Assembly: GCA_017548365.1 (NCBI GenBank)
Contig: JAFZAC010000031.1
Location: 5,248-69,247, forward strand
Direction: 5' to 3'
DNA from: Muribaculaceae bacterium
GTDB lineage: Bacteria; Bacteroidota; Bacteroidia; Bacteroidales; Muribaculaceae
Length of the DNA stretch: 64,000 bases
Shown: piece by piece, positions 18,979 through 28,455 of the stretch
How positions within the stretch are numbered: position 1 is the first letter of the stretch
Layout: each line of letters begins with the position of its first letter
The notes under the pieces: generated by a model
What the model was told of the DNA's origin: nothing
Database searches by the model: none
What the model saw: only the letters and a program-made list of their open reading frames with translations
Position numbers and translations under genes: made by a program

Positions 18979-21585
18979 ATGAAAAAGAGCATCTTTACCA
19001 TAACAATGATGATGGTTGCAGTAATGGCGACCAGCATAGCAAGGGCCCAGTACATGCCACACGTGTACATCAATCCTGGCCACGGCGGCCACACCAGCAA
19101 CGACCGCAACGTGGTTATATATCCGTTCGTTCAAGGCGACACAGCAGGTTACTGGGAGTCGAACTCCAACCTCAAGAAAGGCTTTGCACTAAGAAACTGC
19201 CTCAATTTGAAAGGCTACACAACCAGCATATCACGAGTGAGAAACGACGAGAGCGACGACTTGGCTCTATCGACCATCGTGGCCCTGTGCAATCAAAGTG
19301 GAGCCGACATCTTCTATTCCATACACAGCAACGCAACAGGTGTGCCGGCACGACGTAACCATATCTTGGGCCTTTACCGCGGTCCCACAGGTTCGCCAGT
19401 GGTTGCCAACAGTGATGTGCTAACACTGAAACTCATGCAACGCCTGCAAGTTAACCAGGCTGCAGTGTGGACCAGCAATTACCAGATTGCCGGCGACTTC
19501 ACCTTCTACCCCGACTGGAACAATGCCGGCCTTGGTGTGCTGCGTGGCAACAACGCAGTGTCGATGCTCAGCGAAGGCTCGTTCCATGATTATATTCCCG
19601 AGACCTACCGTTTGATGAACGACAATTATTGCTGGATGGAGGGTTGGAACTTCTCGCTCGGCGCCGACGACTACTTCGGCTACCAATTCTTTGGTAAAGG
19701 TTGTGTGGCAGGCAACATCCGTGACAACCGCATGCCCCGCATTATCAATGACTTTATCATGTTTGGCGACGACAACCGCGAACCGGTGAGCAATGCCACC
19801 GTCATCCTAATGGATATGAATGACGTGCCACTCGACACCTGCTACACCGACGACATGTACAACGGAATATATGCCTTTAAGATGCTTGATCCAGGCACAT
19901 ATAAGATTAAGGTGGAACAAGAACACTACTATGGTCAAACCAAAGAAGTCACAGTAGAGGCTAACCACTCGTCATACTGCAACTTCGACCTGGCACGAAT
20001 ACGTGAGACACCTCCAGAGGTCATCAACTACTCTCCTGTATGGAACGAGGGCGATGCACCGCTCAAGGCCAACACACCTGTGATTTTTGAGTTCAACTGG
20101 GACATGAATACCAACGTTACCGAGAATGCGTTCCACATCGAACCAGCCGTGGAAGGTCACTTCAGCTGGGAAGACAGTAACTACCGTATGATATTCGAGC
20201 CCAACGACGCCTACGACATCAACACCCTCTACACTGTTACTCTCGACACCACTGCCGAGCATGGCGGCGGCATGAAGCTGCAGGAGCCTTTCACCTTGCA
20301 ATTCAAGACCACCTACCGCAAGTATCTCGAGGTGATCGACATTTTCCCGCATGAGGGCGACCCAGTGCACTACAAGAGCGCCACCATTGAGCTTCGCACC
20401 GACTCGATGCTCAACAACAGCTACTATTACGACAAGATACTCCTTACAGACAAGGACGGCAATCTCTTGACGTATAACCGCCGCAACACCAAGACAGGCA
20501 AGAACACCGACCCATTCGGATTCATCCGCATACCTGTTGCCACTAACATGACGCCAGGCGAGGAATATACCCTCACCATCCTGAGTGAGATGAGCGACAC
20601 CGCAGGAATCCACCTGCCCGAGACCATCGTGCACAAGTTCACCGCTGTCGATGCCGGCGAGGAGAAACCTGATGCAACGGTTATTGAAGGATTCGAGGAC
20701 GCAAGCACATTCTCGATGGTAACAGCAACCGCCAACGGTCCCGAAAACACTCAGCTCAGCAACTCAACCGACAAGCTCTTCGGCAGTAAGTCGCTCCAAA
20801 TTAAATATCCATGTTCGCCTCAGGGTGGTCAATACGAATTTACCAGTCCAGCCATTTCTGAAGCTACAATAGCTGGTAACGAAGAACTCTCGTTGCACAT
20901 CTTTGGCGACATGAGCTATGTGGACATAAACATTATGCTCAATAGCACCGATAACACCGATCACCCAATTATAGATTTCGGCAAAATCGACTTCCATGGA
21001 TGGCGCTACGTCACTGGCAATGGCACACTTGATCCTAACAAGACCTACAAGATTGAATCAATATTTATAGGCAACGATCCCGAAAACCCCATTATGATAT
21101 CCAGCGCCACCATCAAACTCGACAACCTGCTCAAGAGCCAAAAGACTTCGGGAGTATATGGCGACGTGGATGGTGACGGAATAGTGTCGAGTGTCGACAT
21201 TACAGCACTCTACAACTACCTGCTCAATGGTGATGACACTTTCCTTAGCACCAGTGATATAGATGGTGATGGGATTGTTTCAAGTGTAGATATCACCATC
21301 ATCTACAACATACTGCTTGGAAACACCAGCAAAGCGCCAGAGACTGAACTTGAACCAACTACCAACACTACCGTCAAGGTAGGTCCAGTGCCTTCGAGTG
21401 ACTACATCGTTGCAAGCGCAGCCGGTTATATCCAGGGCGTAGAACTCTATGACCTGAACGGCAACCTGGTGGCACGCAACGGCGGCAATTACATGAATGT
21501 GGAAGGCCTTCGCAACGGGCACTATATATTAAAGGTGTACACTGGCGACACAGTCTCCTCACACCATGTGGCAGTGAAACACTGA
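18979..21585 (+). CDS. N-acetylmuramoyl-L-alanine amidase (Amidase_3) + carboxypeptidase-regulatory-like + Ig-like domains + dockerin + T9SS CTD
   Basis: VYINPGHGG / WESN / SIHSNA / LSEGSFHD zinc-amidase motifs; dockerin at 21160-21321; C-terminal VELYDLNGNLV...GHYILKV type A CTD. Confidence 0.85.
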   Translation: MKKSIFTITMMMVAVMATSIARAQYMPHVYINPGHGGHTSNDRNVVIYPFVQGDTAGYWESNSNLKKGFALRNCLNLKGYTTSISRVRNDESDDLALSTIVALCNQSGADIFYSIHSNATGVPARRNHILGLYRGPTGSPVVANSDVLTLKLMQRLQVNQAAVWTSNYQIAGDFTFYPDWNNAGLGVLRGNNAVSMLSEGSFHDYIPETYRLMNDNYCWMEGWNFSLGADDYFGYQFFGKGCVAGNIRDNRMPRIINDFIMFGDDNREPVSNATVILMDMNDVPLDTCYTDDMYNGIYAFKMLDPGTYKIKVEQEHYYGQTKEVTVEANHSSYCNFDLARIRETPPEVINYSPVWNEGDAPLKANTPVIFEFNWDMNTNVTENAFHIEPAVEGHFSWEDSNYRMIFEPNDAYDINTLYTVTLDTTAEHGGGMKLQEPFTLQFKTTYRKYLEVIDIFPHEGDPVHYKSATIELRTDSMLNNSYYYDKILLTDKDGNLLTYNRRNTKTGKNTDPFGFIRIPVATNMTPGEEYTLTILSEMSDTAGIHLPETIVHKFTAVDAGEEKPDATVIEGFEDASTFSMVTATANGPENTQLSNSTDKLFGSKSLQIKYPCSPQGGQYEFTSPAISEATIAGNEELSLHIFGDMSYVDINIMLNSTDNTDHPIIDFGKIDFHGWRYVTGNGTLDPNKTYKIESIFIGNDPENPIMISSATIKLDNLLKSQKTSGVYGDVDGDGIVSSVDITALYNYLLNGDDTFLSTSDIDGDGIVSSVDITIIYNILLGNTSKAPETELEPTTNTTVKVGPVPSSDYIVASAAGYIQGVELYDLNGNLVARNGGNYMNVEGLRNGHYILKVYTGDTVSSHHVAVKH

Positions 21586-21596
21586 TTTTAGTGAAG

Positions 21597-21682
21597 GGTA
21601 GAGAGTACAGAATAAAGAGTGGAGAGTTTTCACTTTCGCTTCTGAAATCTGACTTCTGACCGCTAAAATCTAACATCTAATC
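21597..21682 (+). repeat. Degenerate 7-nt periodic intergenic repeats
   Basis: GTAGAGA GTACAGA ATAAAGA GTGGAGA, then TTCTGAA ATCTGAC TTCTGAC CGCTAAA ATCTAAC ATCTAAT. Confidence 0.5.
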
Positions 21683-21861
21683 AGGCTGGGGGTATAGTTA
21701 AATAATTTAACCATACCTCTAGTCTTTAGTTAATAGGCGTTCTTTTATGTTAAACTTTGCATAAATATCATTAATTATAAAAAAATATTATAATTTTGCA
21801 CCCGAAAATCTATACAATCTGTTTTTTTACACTGTAACATTCATAATTACATCTACAATTA

Positions 21862-22731
21862 ATGAGCGCAAGTCAATTCGCTAAAGTAATTGCTGAGAGT
21901 TCGTCAACACACTCCGAGTGGAGTTTAATAGACGGCAACAATGTAGTGGCTCACGCCATGATTTCGGGAATCAACCCCTATTTCTTGACGCGTCGTGAGA
22001 TAAGTCATATAATCAGGCTCGAACTGCCACGCGAATTTTTCAAACGTCGCTGGGACAAGGTATTGTTCTATGGCGCAGGATGTTCAACACCCGAAAGAAA
22101 AAAGATAGTAGAACTATCGCTTGTTGCACAATTCAAGACCCCAGTAACTGTTGAGAGTGACCTTGTGGGAGCCGCTCACGGACTTCTCCAGCATGAGGCC
22201 GGCTTAGCCTGTATTCTTGGTACAGGATCCAATTCGTGCTTCTATGATGGAGAAAAAATTACCAAGAGTGTGACCGCCGGTGGTTTCATTTTGGGCGATG
22301 AGGGCAGTGGCTCATCGATGGGCCGCATCTTCCTGAGCGACGTTCTCAAGAACCTTGCTCCTCGTGAACTAATCGAGGAGTTCTATGCAGTTAACAAGAT
22401 TACAACATCGGATGTGATGGACTCGGTGTACAACAACCCACACGCCAACCACAACCTCCACAACTACTCATTCTTCCTTGCCGACCACCTCGACAACGAG
22501 TATGCCCGTGACTTGGTAACCAACGAGATTAAGCGATTCTTCGACCGCAATTTGTGTCAATATGAATACAAGGACTATCCCATCTGTTTCGTTGGCTCGA
22601 TAGCGACAAGATACAGCGAAATTCTGCTTCAGGTAGCTTACAGCTACAACATGAATGTTAAGAAAATCGTAAGCGAATCAATGCCCGGCTTGGTAGCCTA
22701 CCACTCAGTTGGGTTCAATGCCGTAAGATAA
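21862..22731 (+). CDS. BadF/BadG/BcrA/BcrD-family sugar-kinase-like protein with an atypical phosphate-1 loop
   Basis: FYGAGC, SDLVGAA, ILGTGSNS, GFILGDEGSG and FVGSIA motifs are shared with the 38969 kinase, but the N-terminal loop reads IAESSSTHSEW. Confidence 0.8.
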   Translation: MSASQFAKVIAESSSTHSEWSLIDGNNVVAHAMISGINPYFLTRREISHIIRLELPREFFKRRWDKVLFYGAGCSTPERKKIVELSLVAQFKTPVTVESDLVGAAHGLLQHEAGLACILGTGSNSCFYDGEKITKSVTAGGFILGDEGSGSSMGRIFLSDVLKNLAPRELIEEFYAVNKITTSDVMDSVYNNPHANHNLHNYSFFLADHLDNEYARDLVTNEIKRFFDRNLCQYEYKDYPICFVGSIATRYSEILLQVAYSYNMNVKKIVSESMPGLVAYHSVGFNAVR

Positions 22732-22769
22732 TCTTTAAGATAACAAACACAGCTATCTATAATCAACAC

Positions 22770-22807
22770 ATCCATCAAGAGCGTTAATATCAGCACTCTT
22801 GATGGAT
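22770..22807 (+). terminator. Hairpin after the kinase-like gene
   Basis: Perfect 12-bp IR ATCCATCAAGAG / CTCTTGATGGAT. Confidence 0.6.
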
Positions 22808-22941
22808 TTCATTTTATAGAAACGTCTTTTTTACAACGAGACAAGTAATTTCTTTTCAATAAACTCAATAATGCCATTAGTTTTGCATAATAAGTGTTAT
22901 TTTGCAACGTTATAAAACAAATACAAAAAAATGAATAAGCT

Positions 22942-23559
22942 ATGAACAGAACATTCACAATAATGATAATCGCCGCAATTGTCATGAGCGGAGCAACAAA
23001 AGTCAATGCCCAAGATTTCGATCCTAACGACGAGCCAAAAAATGAGTTGTCATTGGGCTACGGAGCAATCAATTCCTCTAACGTCCTCGACGTTTTTGTC
23101 GACGTTGTTAGCGCAGTATTCGGAGCGCGATATACCAATGAGAAATTCATAGGTCCATTCTCGGCCGAGTATTTCCGACATGTGAGTCCCCTAGTGGCAG
23201 TGGGAGGAATTGGCGTTTACAACTACCACAAGCAAGATGTGATTCAAAACGATGTGGTAACAGGGAAGCGTACCAGTAATTACTTCTCAATTATTCCAGC
23301 CGTGAAATTCAACTGGCTTCGCAAGCAAAACTGGGGATTGTACTCTAAGCTTGGCGCGGGTTACACTCATGGCCGTTATACCACCACCGGCAAAGATTCA
23401 AGCGGGGACTATACAGAGAGTATAAGCGACAATAATTTCTTCAATTTCCAAGTATCGCTTATTGGCGCCGAAGCCGGCAACCGCAATGTGCGAGGTTTTG
23501 CCGAACTGGGCTTTGGAGAGCAAGGCCTCATACATGGCGGAGTGAGATTCAGATTCTAA
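22942..23559 (+). CDS. Small outer-membrane beta-barrel protein
   Basis: Signal peptide, NELSLGYG start, amphipathic strands, C-terminal GGVRFRF. Confidence 0.75.
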   Translation: MNRTFTIMIIAAIVMSGATKVNAQDFDPNDEPKNELSLGYGAINSSNVLDVFVDVVSAVFGARYTNEKFIGPFSAEYFRHVSPLVAVGGIGVYNYHKQDVIQNDVVTGKRTSNYFSIIPAVKFNWLRKQNWGLYSKLGAGYTHGRYTTTGKDSSGDYTESISDNNFFNFQVSLIGAEAGNRNVRGFAELGFGEQGLIHGGVRFRF

Positions 23560-23885
23560 ACCCTAAAACTGATAACCCCAACATTCTCAAAAGATTTGTC
23601 TTATAAAGACGTAAAACAAAAACACTCAAGTAACAAGGAACGGAAAAGTAAAATTTTTCCGCTCCTTTTTTTGTAGAGAAGAGCCGCAATCAGGCAAAAT
23701 AACACCCCGACTACAATCATGTCTGAAATGAGGGACTCCTTGTTTTTTATGTATCTTTTTCTAAATTTTTGTTTATAATTTATAAATAAAATGCTTTTAA
23801 GAAAAATGAACACTTTTTTTATTTTTTATTTGAAATCTTTGTTGTAAATTTGTAAGCTTAAGTTTGTTGCAAAAAACTCATCATT

Positions 23886-26800
23886 ATGGCAAAATATAAG
23901 AAAATACTAATTGTGGCATTAACACTGATGGCATTACCAGTCATTCAGTTGCGTGCCCAAGAAAGCGAAGTAACCGCGACAGCCGAGAATACCGAAATCA
24001 CCGAGAGTGCAAAGCAAGCCATCCAGCAAATCATTGCTGCAAATCTTCCCGAAAATATGGGAATTGGCACGCTCAAAGCTCGCAACATTGACATTTCGGG
24101 CGATTCAATTAAGGTTGACCTTAGTGAGAACTTTGGAGATGTCCCCTTTACTACCGAGAGTATAGACAAACTGAAAAAAGACATCAAGTCGACCTTAGGT
24201 GAGGGATATGACGACCATAAGGTTTACCTCACAATAGCGGGCAACCCCATCGAGAACTATTTTTCGGAATTCGACAACAGCTACAAGCGCAAGCACAACA
24301 GCTTTGTGAGTCCTGTCGACGAGAACCGCAATTATAAGAAAGGGTTGAGCGGAAACATAGTTGCAGTGTGGCCCAGCCATGGGTGGTATTTTGAGCCCAA
24401 GCTCAACCGCTGGGAATGGCAGCGTGCGCGCATGTTCCAGACTGTTGAGGACATGTACACCCACAGCTATATGATACCCTATATCATTCCTATGCTCGAG
24501 AATGCAGGAGCCTATGTATGGGACGCCCGTGAGCGCGACACCCACAACTTTGGTGCCGTAGTCGACAACGATGGCGGCAATGCACAGAAAGGTTACAACG
24601 AGCATAATGGCAGCAAGAAATGGAAAGACGGCGAAGGCAACGGCTTTGCCTACAAGCGCGACAACTATCGTGACTTTGAAAACCCGTTTGACGAAGGCAC
24701 CTATCGTATGATAGAAGCTGAAAAAGACAAGAAAAAAGAAGCTACAGCATCATGGGATGTAGATATGCCCGAGGCTGGCACTTATGCAATATATGTGAGC
24801 TACAAATCGCTTCCCAACAGCGCTCACGACGCCACCTATACTATCAACTCGTTGAACGGCAGCCAGCAGTTCAAGGTTGACCAGTCGATGGCAGGCGGCG
24901 TTTGGGTTTACTTGGGCTCGTTTGAGCTCGCCAAAGGCATCAACAAGAACGTAGTGACTCTTAGCAACCACAGCTCTGACAAGAAAGCAGTCATTACAGC
25001 CGACGCCATCAAAGTAGGTGGCGGAAAAGGCAACATAGTTCGCCGTGTAGCACTTCCCACACCCGAGAACAAAGCCATTGCCGAGAAAAATGACGACTTG
25101 AAATATCTGGGCAAAGAAGGTATCAACTACCAGTATGTGGGCAGCGGCGAGCACCCATGGTTCCATCTAGGTTCACGTTACTTCCTCCAGTGGTCGGGAT
25201 TCCCTCATGAGGTTTATTCTACAAGCACTGGCGTCAACGACTATGTTGACGATTACCGCAGCCGCGGCGAATGGGTGAACTATCTTGCCGGCGGCAGTGA
25301 CGTATTGCCAAACAAGCCAGGCTTGAAGGTTCCCGTCGATGTTTCGTTCTGTCTCCACACCGATGCAGGCACTACAACCAACGACGACATCATTGGCACC
25401 CTTCTCATATACTGCACCACTAAGAATGGCAAACAATTTGGAAAATATGAAAACGGCACACCACGCGAACTCTCGCGCCAGTATGCCAACATAGTCTCGA
25501 CCGAAGTTGTCAACGATATTCGTGCCAAGTATGAGCCCAAGTGGACACGTCGCGGCATGTGGGATAAGAGCTACTACGAGGCACGCGTTCCTGAAGTCCC
25601 CGCTTTACTGATGGAGCTGCTTTCTCATCAAAATTTCGCCGACATGAAATATGGTCTCGACCCAGAATTCCGCTTTGATGTTAGCCGTTCGATTTATAAA
25701 GGCATTGTAAAATTCATCGCAAAACGCGACCACCGCGAGTGCGTCATCCAACCACTCCCTGTGAATTCATTCACCATCAACAAGCTCAGCGACAACTTCT
25801 TCATGCTCAACTGGGAGCCAACCCCCGATCCATTGTGCTCAAGCGCTGTAGCAAAAAAATATGTTGTATTGGAGAAAGTGGGCGCCAACGATGGCTTCAA
25901 GGAAATTGAAATCGTAGACGATCCTCACTACTCTATTCGCATCGACGACAACGAGATACACAGCTTCAAAATCATTGCTATGAACGAGGGCGGACGCAGT
26001 TTCCCCAGCGAGGCATTGTCGATAGGCGTTGCTAAGAACAGCAAAGGAACCGTAATGGTGGTCAACGATTTTACCCGTGTGAGCGGTCCCGACTGGTTCG
26101 ACAGTGGCAAAATGGCTGGATTCTATGACGAGAAGGACCACGGCGTGCCTTACATGGAGCAAATCAACTATCTGGGTTCACAGTTTGAGTTCCGCCGTAA
26201 TCTCGAGTGGCGCGATGACGACGCTCCAGGCTTTGGAGCCAGCCGCAGCAACCACGAGACCGAGAACATTGCCGGCAACACATTCAACTACCCATCTCTT
26301 CATGGTGCAGCAATAATGAATGCTGGATACTCATTTGTATCCACAAGCGTAAAAGCACTTGAGAATGGCGATGTAGACCTCACTGGCTATTGCGCTGTTG
26401 ACATGATTATGGGCAAACAAAAAGAGACTCCCACCGGACGAGGCGCGAAACCTTCTCGTTTCAAGGCGTTGACTCCCGGCATCATGAACGCATTGACCAA
26501 TTACACCCGCTATGGCGGCAATGTGCTGATGACAGGCGCCTATGTGGCCAGCGATATCTGGGACAAAGACAAACCTGCGTCAAATGAAGTGAACTTTGCA
26601 CAAAACGTAATGGGTTATACCTGGGTAGATGGCCGAGCCACCCTCCGGGGCGAGGTCTACAGCGTTCCCAGTGCTTTGAAGCTGAGTGACGGCATGAGCA
26701 ACCTGAAATTCTATAACACATTGAACAGCGAGTTCTATGCTGTTGAGTCGCCCGACGCAATCAAAGCCAGCGACAGCCATGGTGCGACAATCCTGCGATA

Positions 26801-26951
26801 CAGCGAGAACAATATACCTGCCGGTATAGCCTCAAGCCGCAATGGCTACAAAACTGTGGTTGTTGGTTTCCCCTTCGAGACCATCAAGAACGAGAACGAG
26901 CGCAACGAATTCATGAACCGTGTGCTCAACTTCTTCTCAAACGAGCAATAA
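23886..26951 (+). CDS. Amidase_3-like protein with inserted Golvesin/xanthan-lyase-C-like module and Fn3 (usually annotated xanthan lyase/Fn3 protein)
   Basis: Signal peptide; WPSHG, VEDMY, SFCLHTDAG and LMELLSHQN amidase-type ligands; an inserted WDVDMPEAGTYAIY...VWVYLGSF...ADAIK module; Fn3 LNWEPTPD...MNEGGRS. Confidence 0.7.
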   Translation: MAKYKKILIVALTLMALPVIQLRAQESEVTATAENTEITESAKQAIQQIIAANLPENMGIGTLKARNIDISGDSIKVDLSENFGDVPFTTESIDKLKKDIKSTLGEGYDDHKVYLTIAGNPIENYFSEFDNSYKRKHNSFVSPVDENRNYKKGLSGNIVAVWPSHGWYFEPKLNRWEWQRARMFQTVEDMYTHSYMIPYIIPMLENAGAYVWDARERDTHNFGAVVDNDGGNAQKGYNEHNGSKKWKDGEGNGFAYKRDNYRDFENPFDEGTYRMIEAEKDKKKEATASWDVDMPEAGTYAIYVSYKSLPNSAHDATYTINSLNGSQQFKVDQSMAGGVWVYLGSFELAKGINKNVVTLSNHSSDKKAVITADAIKVGGGKGNIVRRVALPTPENKAIAEKNDDLKYLGKEGINYQYVGSGEHPWFHLGSRYFLQWSGFPHEVYSTSTGVNDYVDDYRSRGEWVNYLAGGSDVLPNKPGLKVPVDVSFCLHTDAGTTTNDDIIGTLLIYCTTKNGKQFGKYENGTPRELSRQYANIVSTEVVNDIRAKYEPKWTRRGMWDKSYYEARVPEVPALLMELLSHQNFADMKYGLDPEFRFDVSRSIYKGIVKFIAKRDHRECVIQPLPVNSFTINKLSDNFFMLNWEPTPDPLCSSAVAKKYVVLEKVGANDGFKEIEIVDDPHYSIRIDDNEIHSFKIIAMNEGGRSFPSEALSIGVAKNSKGTVMVVNDFTRVSGPDWFDSGKMAGFYDEKDHGVPYMEQINYLGSQFEFRRNLEWRDDDAPGFGASRSNHETENIAGNTFNYPSLHGAAIMNAGYSFVSTSVKALENGDVDLTGYCAVDMIMGKQKETPTGRGAKPSRFKALTPGIMNALTNYTRYGGNVLMTGAYVASDIWDKDKPASNEVNFAQNVMGYTWVDGRATLRGEVYSVPSALKLSDGMSNLKFYNTLNSEFYAVESPDAIKASDSHGATILRYSENNIPAGIASSRNGYKTVVVGFPFETIKNENERNEFMNRVLNFFSNEQ

Positions 26952-26998
26952 TTTTTTTCTCTGCTGTTTGAATTATTAAGGACAAACCATCAGGTTAA

Positions 26999-28438
26999 AT
27001 GGAATCGAAATTTCGCATACCAATTGTCATTTGCGCCCAAGCTACCATCACAAGTTGTGACGGAGACTTGCCGCTTAAAGTGCTCTTTGACGAAGTGAAC
27101 CTCATGGGCTATGACAAGCATAACTCATGGGCTCATTCCTTGAAAGTTGTTGGTAGCGAAGAATCAAACTATGCGATTTACATTTTACAGCCAACCCACA
27201 TTGAGCTTGGTCATATGGCGTTGAGGCGCATGATGAAGGTTGCTCAAGACACTGACGCTACTATGGTATATTGTGACCATTTAAATCGCATGCCCAATGG
27301 CTCGCTCGTCAAGCACCCAGTTATTGACTGCCAGGAAGGCTCACTGCGCGACGATTTCGATTTTGGTCCTGTAGTCTTAATAAACAAAAATGCTCTCAGT
27401 AAAGCCTGTGGTGAAATATATAACGATTTTGAGGAATTACAATACTCTGGATTCTATGCCGTGAGACTGGCTTTGTCTAGATACGGAAAAATTGTTCACA
27501 TTCCTGAATATCTTTACACCTGCGATGCATCTGATTCACGCAGCAGCGGTGAACGCATCTTTGACTATCAACGTGAAGAAGAGACCGACAAACAGAAGGA
27601 AATGGAAGCTGTGTGCACTTGGCACTTAACAAAAATCGGCGCATTCCTAAATCCTGGGCAGTATAAAGACGTGGACCTTACTCAGGGCGAATTCCCTGTT
27701 GAGTGTTCTGTTATCATTCCTGTTTTAAACCGCGTGAACGTTATTAGTGATGCCATCAAAAGCGTGCTAGCCCAAGAGACACCGTTCAATTTTAACCTCA
27801 TCGTCATCGACAACCACTCAACCGATGGCACCACCGAAGCCATCGACGAGTTTGCCGGCGACCCGCGCCTCATCCACATCATTCCCGAGCGTTATGACTT
27901 GGGGATAGGCGGATGCTGGAACTTGGGCATCTACGACGAGCGTTGCGGACGCTTTGTCATTGGGCTTGACAGCGACGACCTCTTTGACAGCCCTTCGGCA
28001 ATCGACACAATGGTCAAAAAATTCTATGAAGACAATGCCGCAATGGTAGTTGGCAGCTATAAGATTGTTGACCACAATCTTCAAGAGGTTCTTCCTGGTA
28101 TTATCGCACATAGAGAATGGACACTAGAAAATGGCCGCAACAACCTGCTCAGGGTTAACGGCATTGGCGGTCCCCGCGCATTTTTTACACCTATCTACCG
28201 CGAGATATGTCTGCCATGCAGCAGTTATGGCGAAGACTACGGCATGGGACTGATGATTTCACGCAACTATCGTGTGGGTCGCGTTTGGGACGTTATGACA
28301 CTAGCCCGCCGTGGTGATGACAACACCGACTCCAACCTCTCCATCGAACAAGAAAACGCAAACAACTTCTATAAAGACCGACTTCGCTCATGGGAAGTTC
28401 AGGCGCGTATTGCACTTAACAAGAATAAAATTCAATAA
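26999..28438 (+). CDS. Two-domain glycosyltransferase family 2 (paralogue 1)
   Basis: N-terminal GSLRDDFDFG domain; C-terminal SVIIPVLNR, IDNHSTDGT, LDSDD and YGEDY motifs. Confidence 0.85.
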   Translation: MESKFRIPIVICAQATITSCDGDLPLKVLFDEVNLMGYDKHNSWAHSLKVVGSEESNYAIYILQPTHIELGHMALRRMMKVAQDTDATMVYCDHLNRMPNGSLVKHPVIDCQEGSLRDDFDFGPVVLINKNALSKACGEIYNDFEELQYSGFYAVRLALSRYGKIVHIPEYLYTCDASDSRSSGERIFDYQREEETDKQKEMEAVCTWHLTKIGAFLNPGQYKDVDLTQGEFPVECSVIIPVLNRVNVISDAIKSVLAQETPFNFNLIVIDNHSTDGTTEAIDEFAGDPRLIHIIPERYDLGIGGCWNLGIYDERCGRFVIGLDSDDLFDSPSAIDTMVKKFYEDNAAMVVGSYKIVDHNLQEVLPGIIAHREWTLENGRNNLLRVNGIGGPRAFFTPIYREICLPCSSYGEDYGMGLMISRNYRVGRVWDVMTLARRGDDNTDSNLSIEQENANNFYKDRLRSWEVQARIALNKNKIQ

Positions 28439-28455
28439 ATCAAAATATTACTCAA

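Noticed and set aside
23601-23813. 70-aa minus-strand ORF in the AT-rich gap
   Set aside because: Low-complexity, spans the probable promoter region of the downstream operon, and has no motif.
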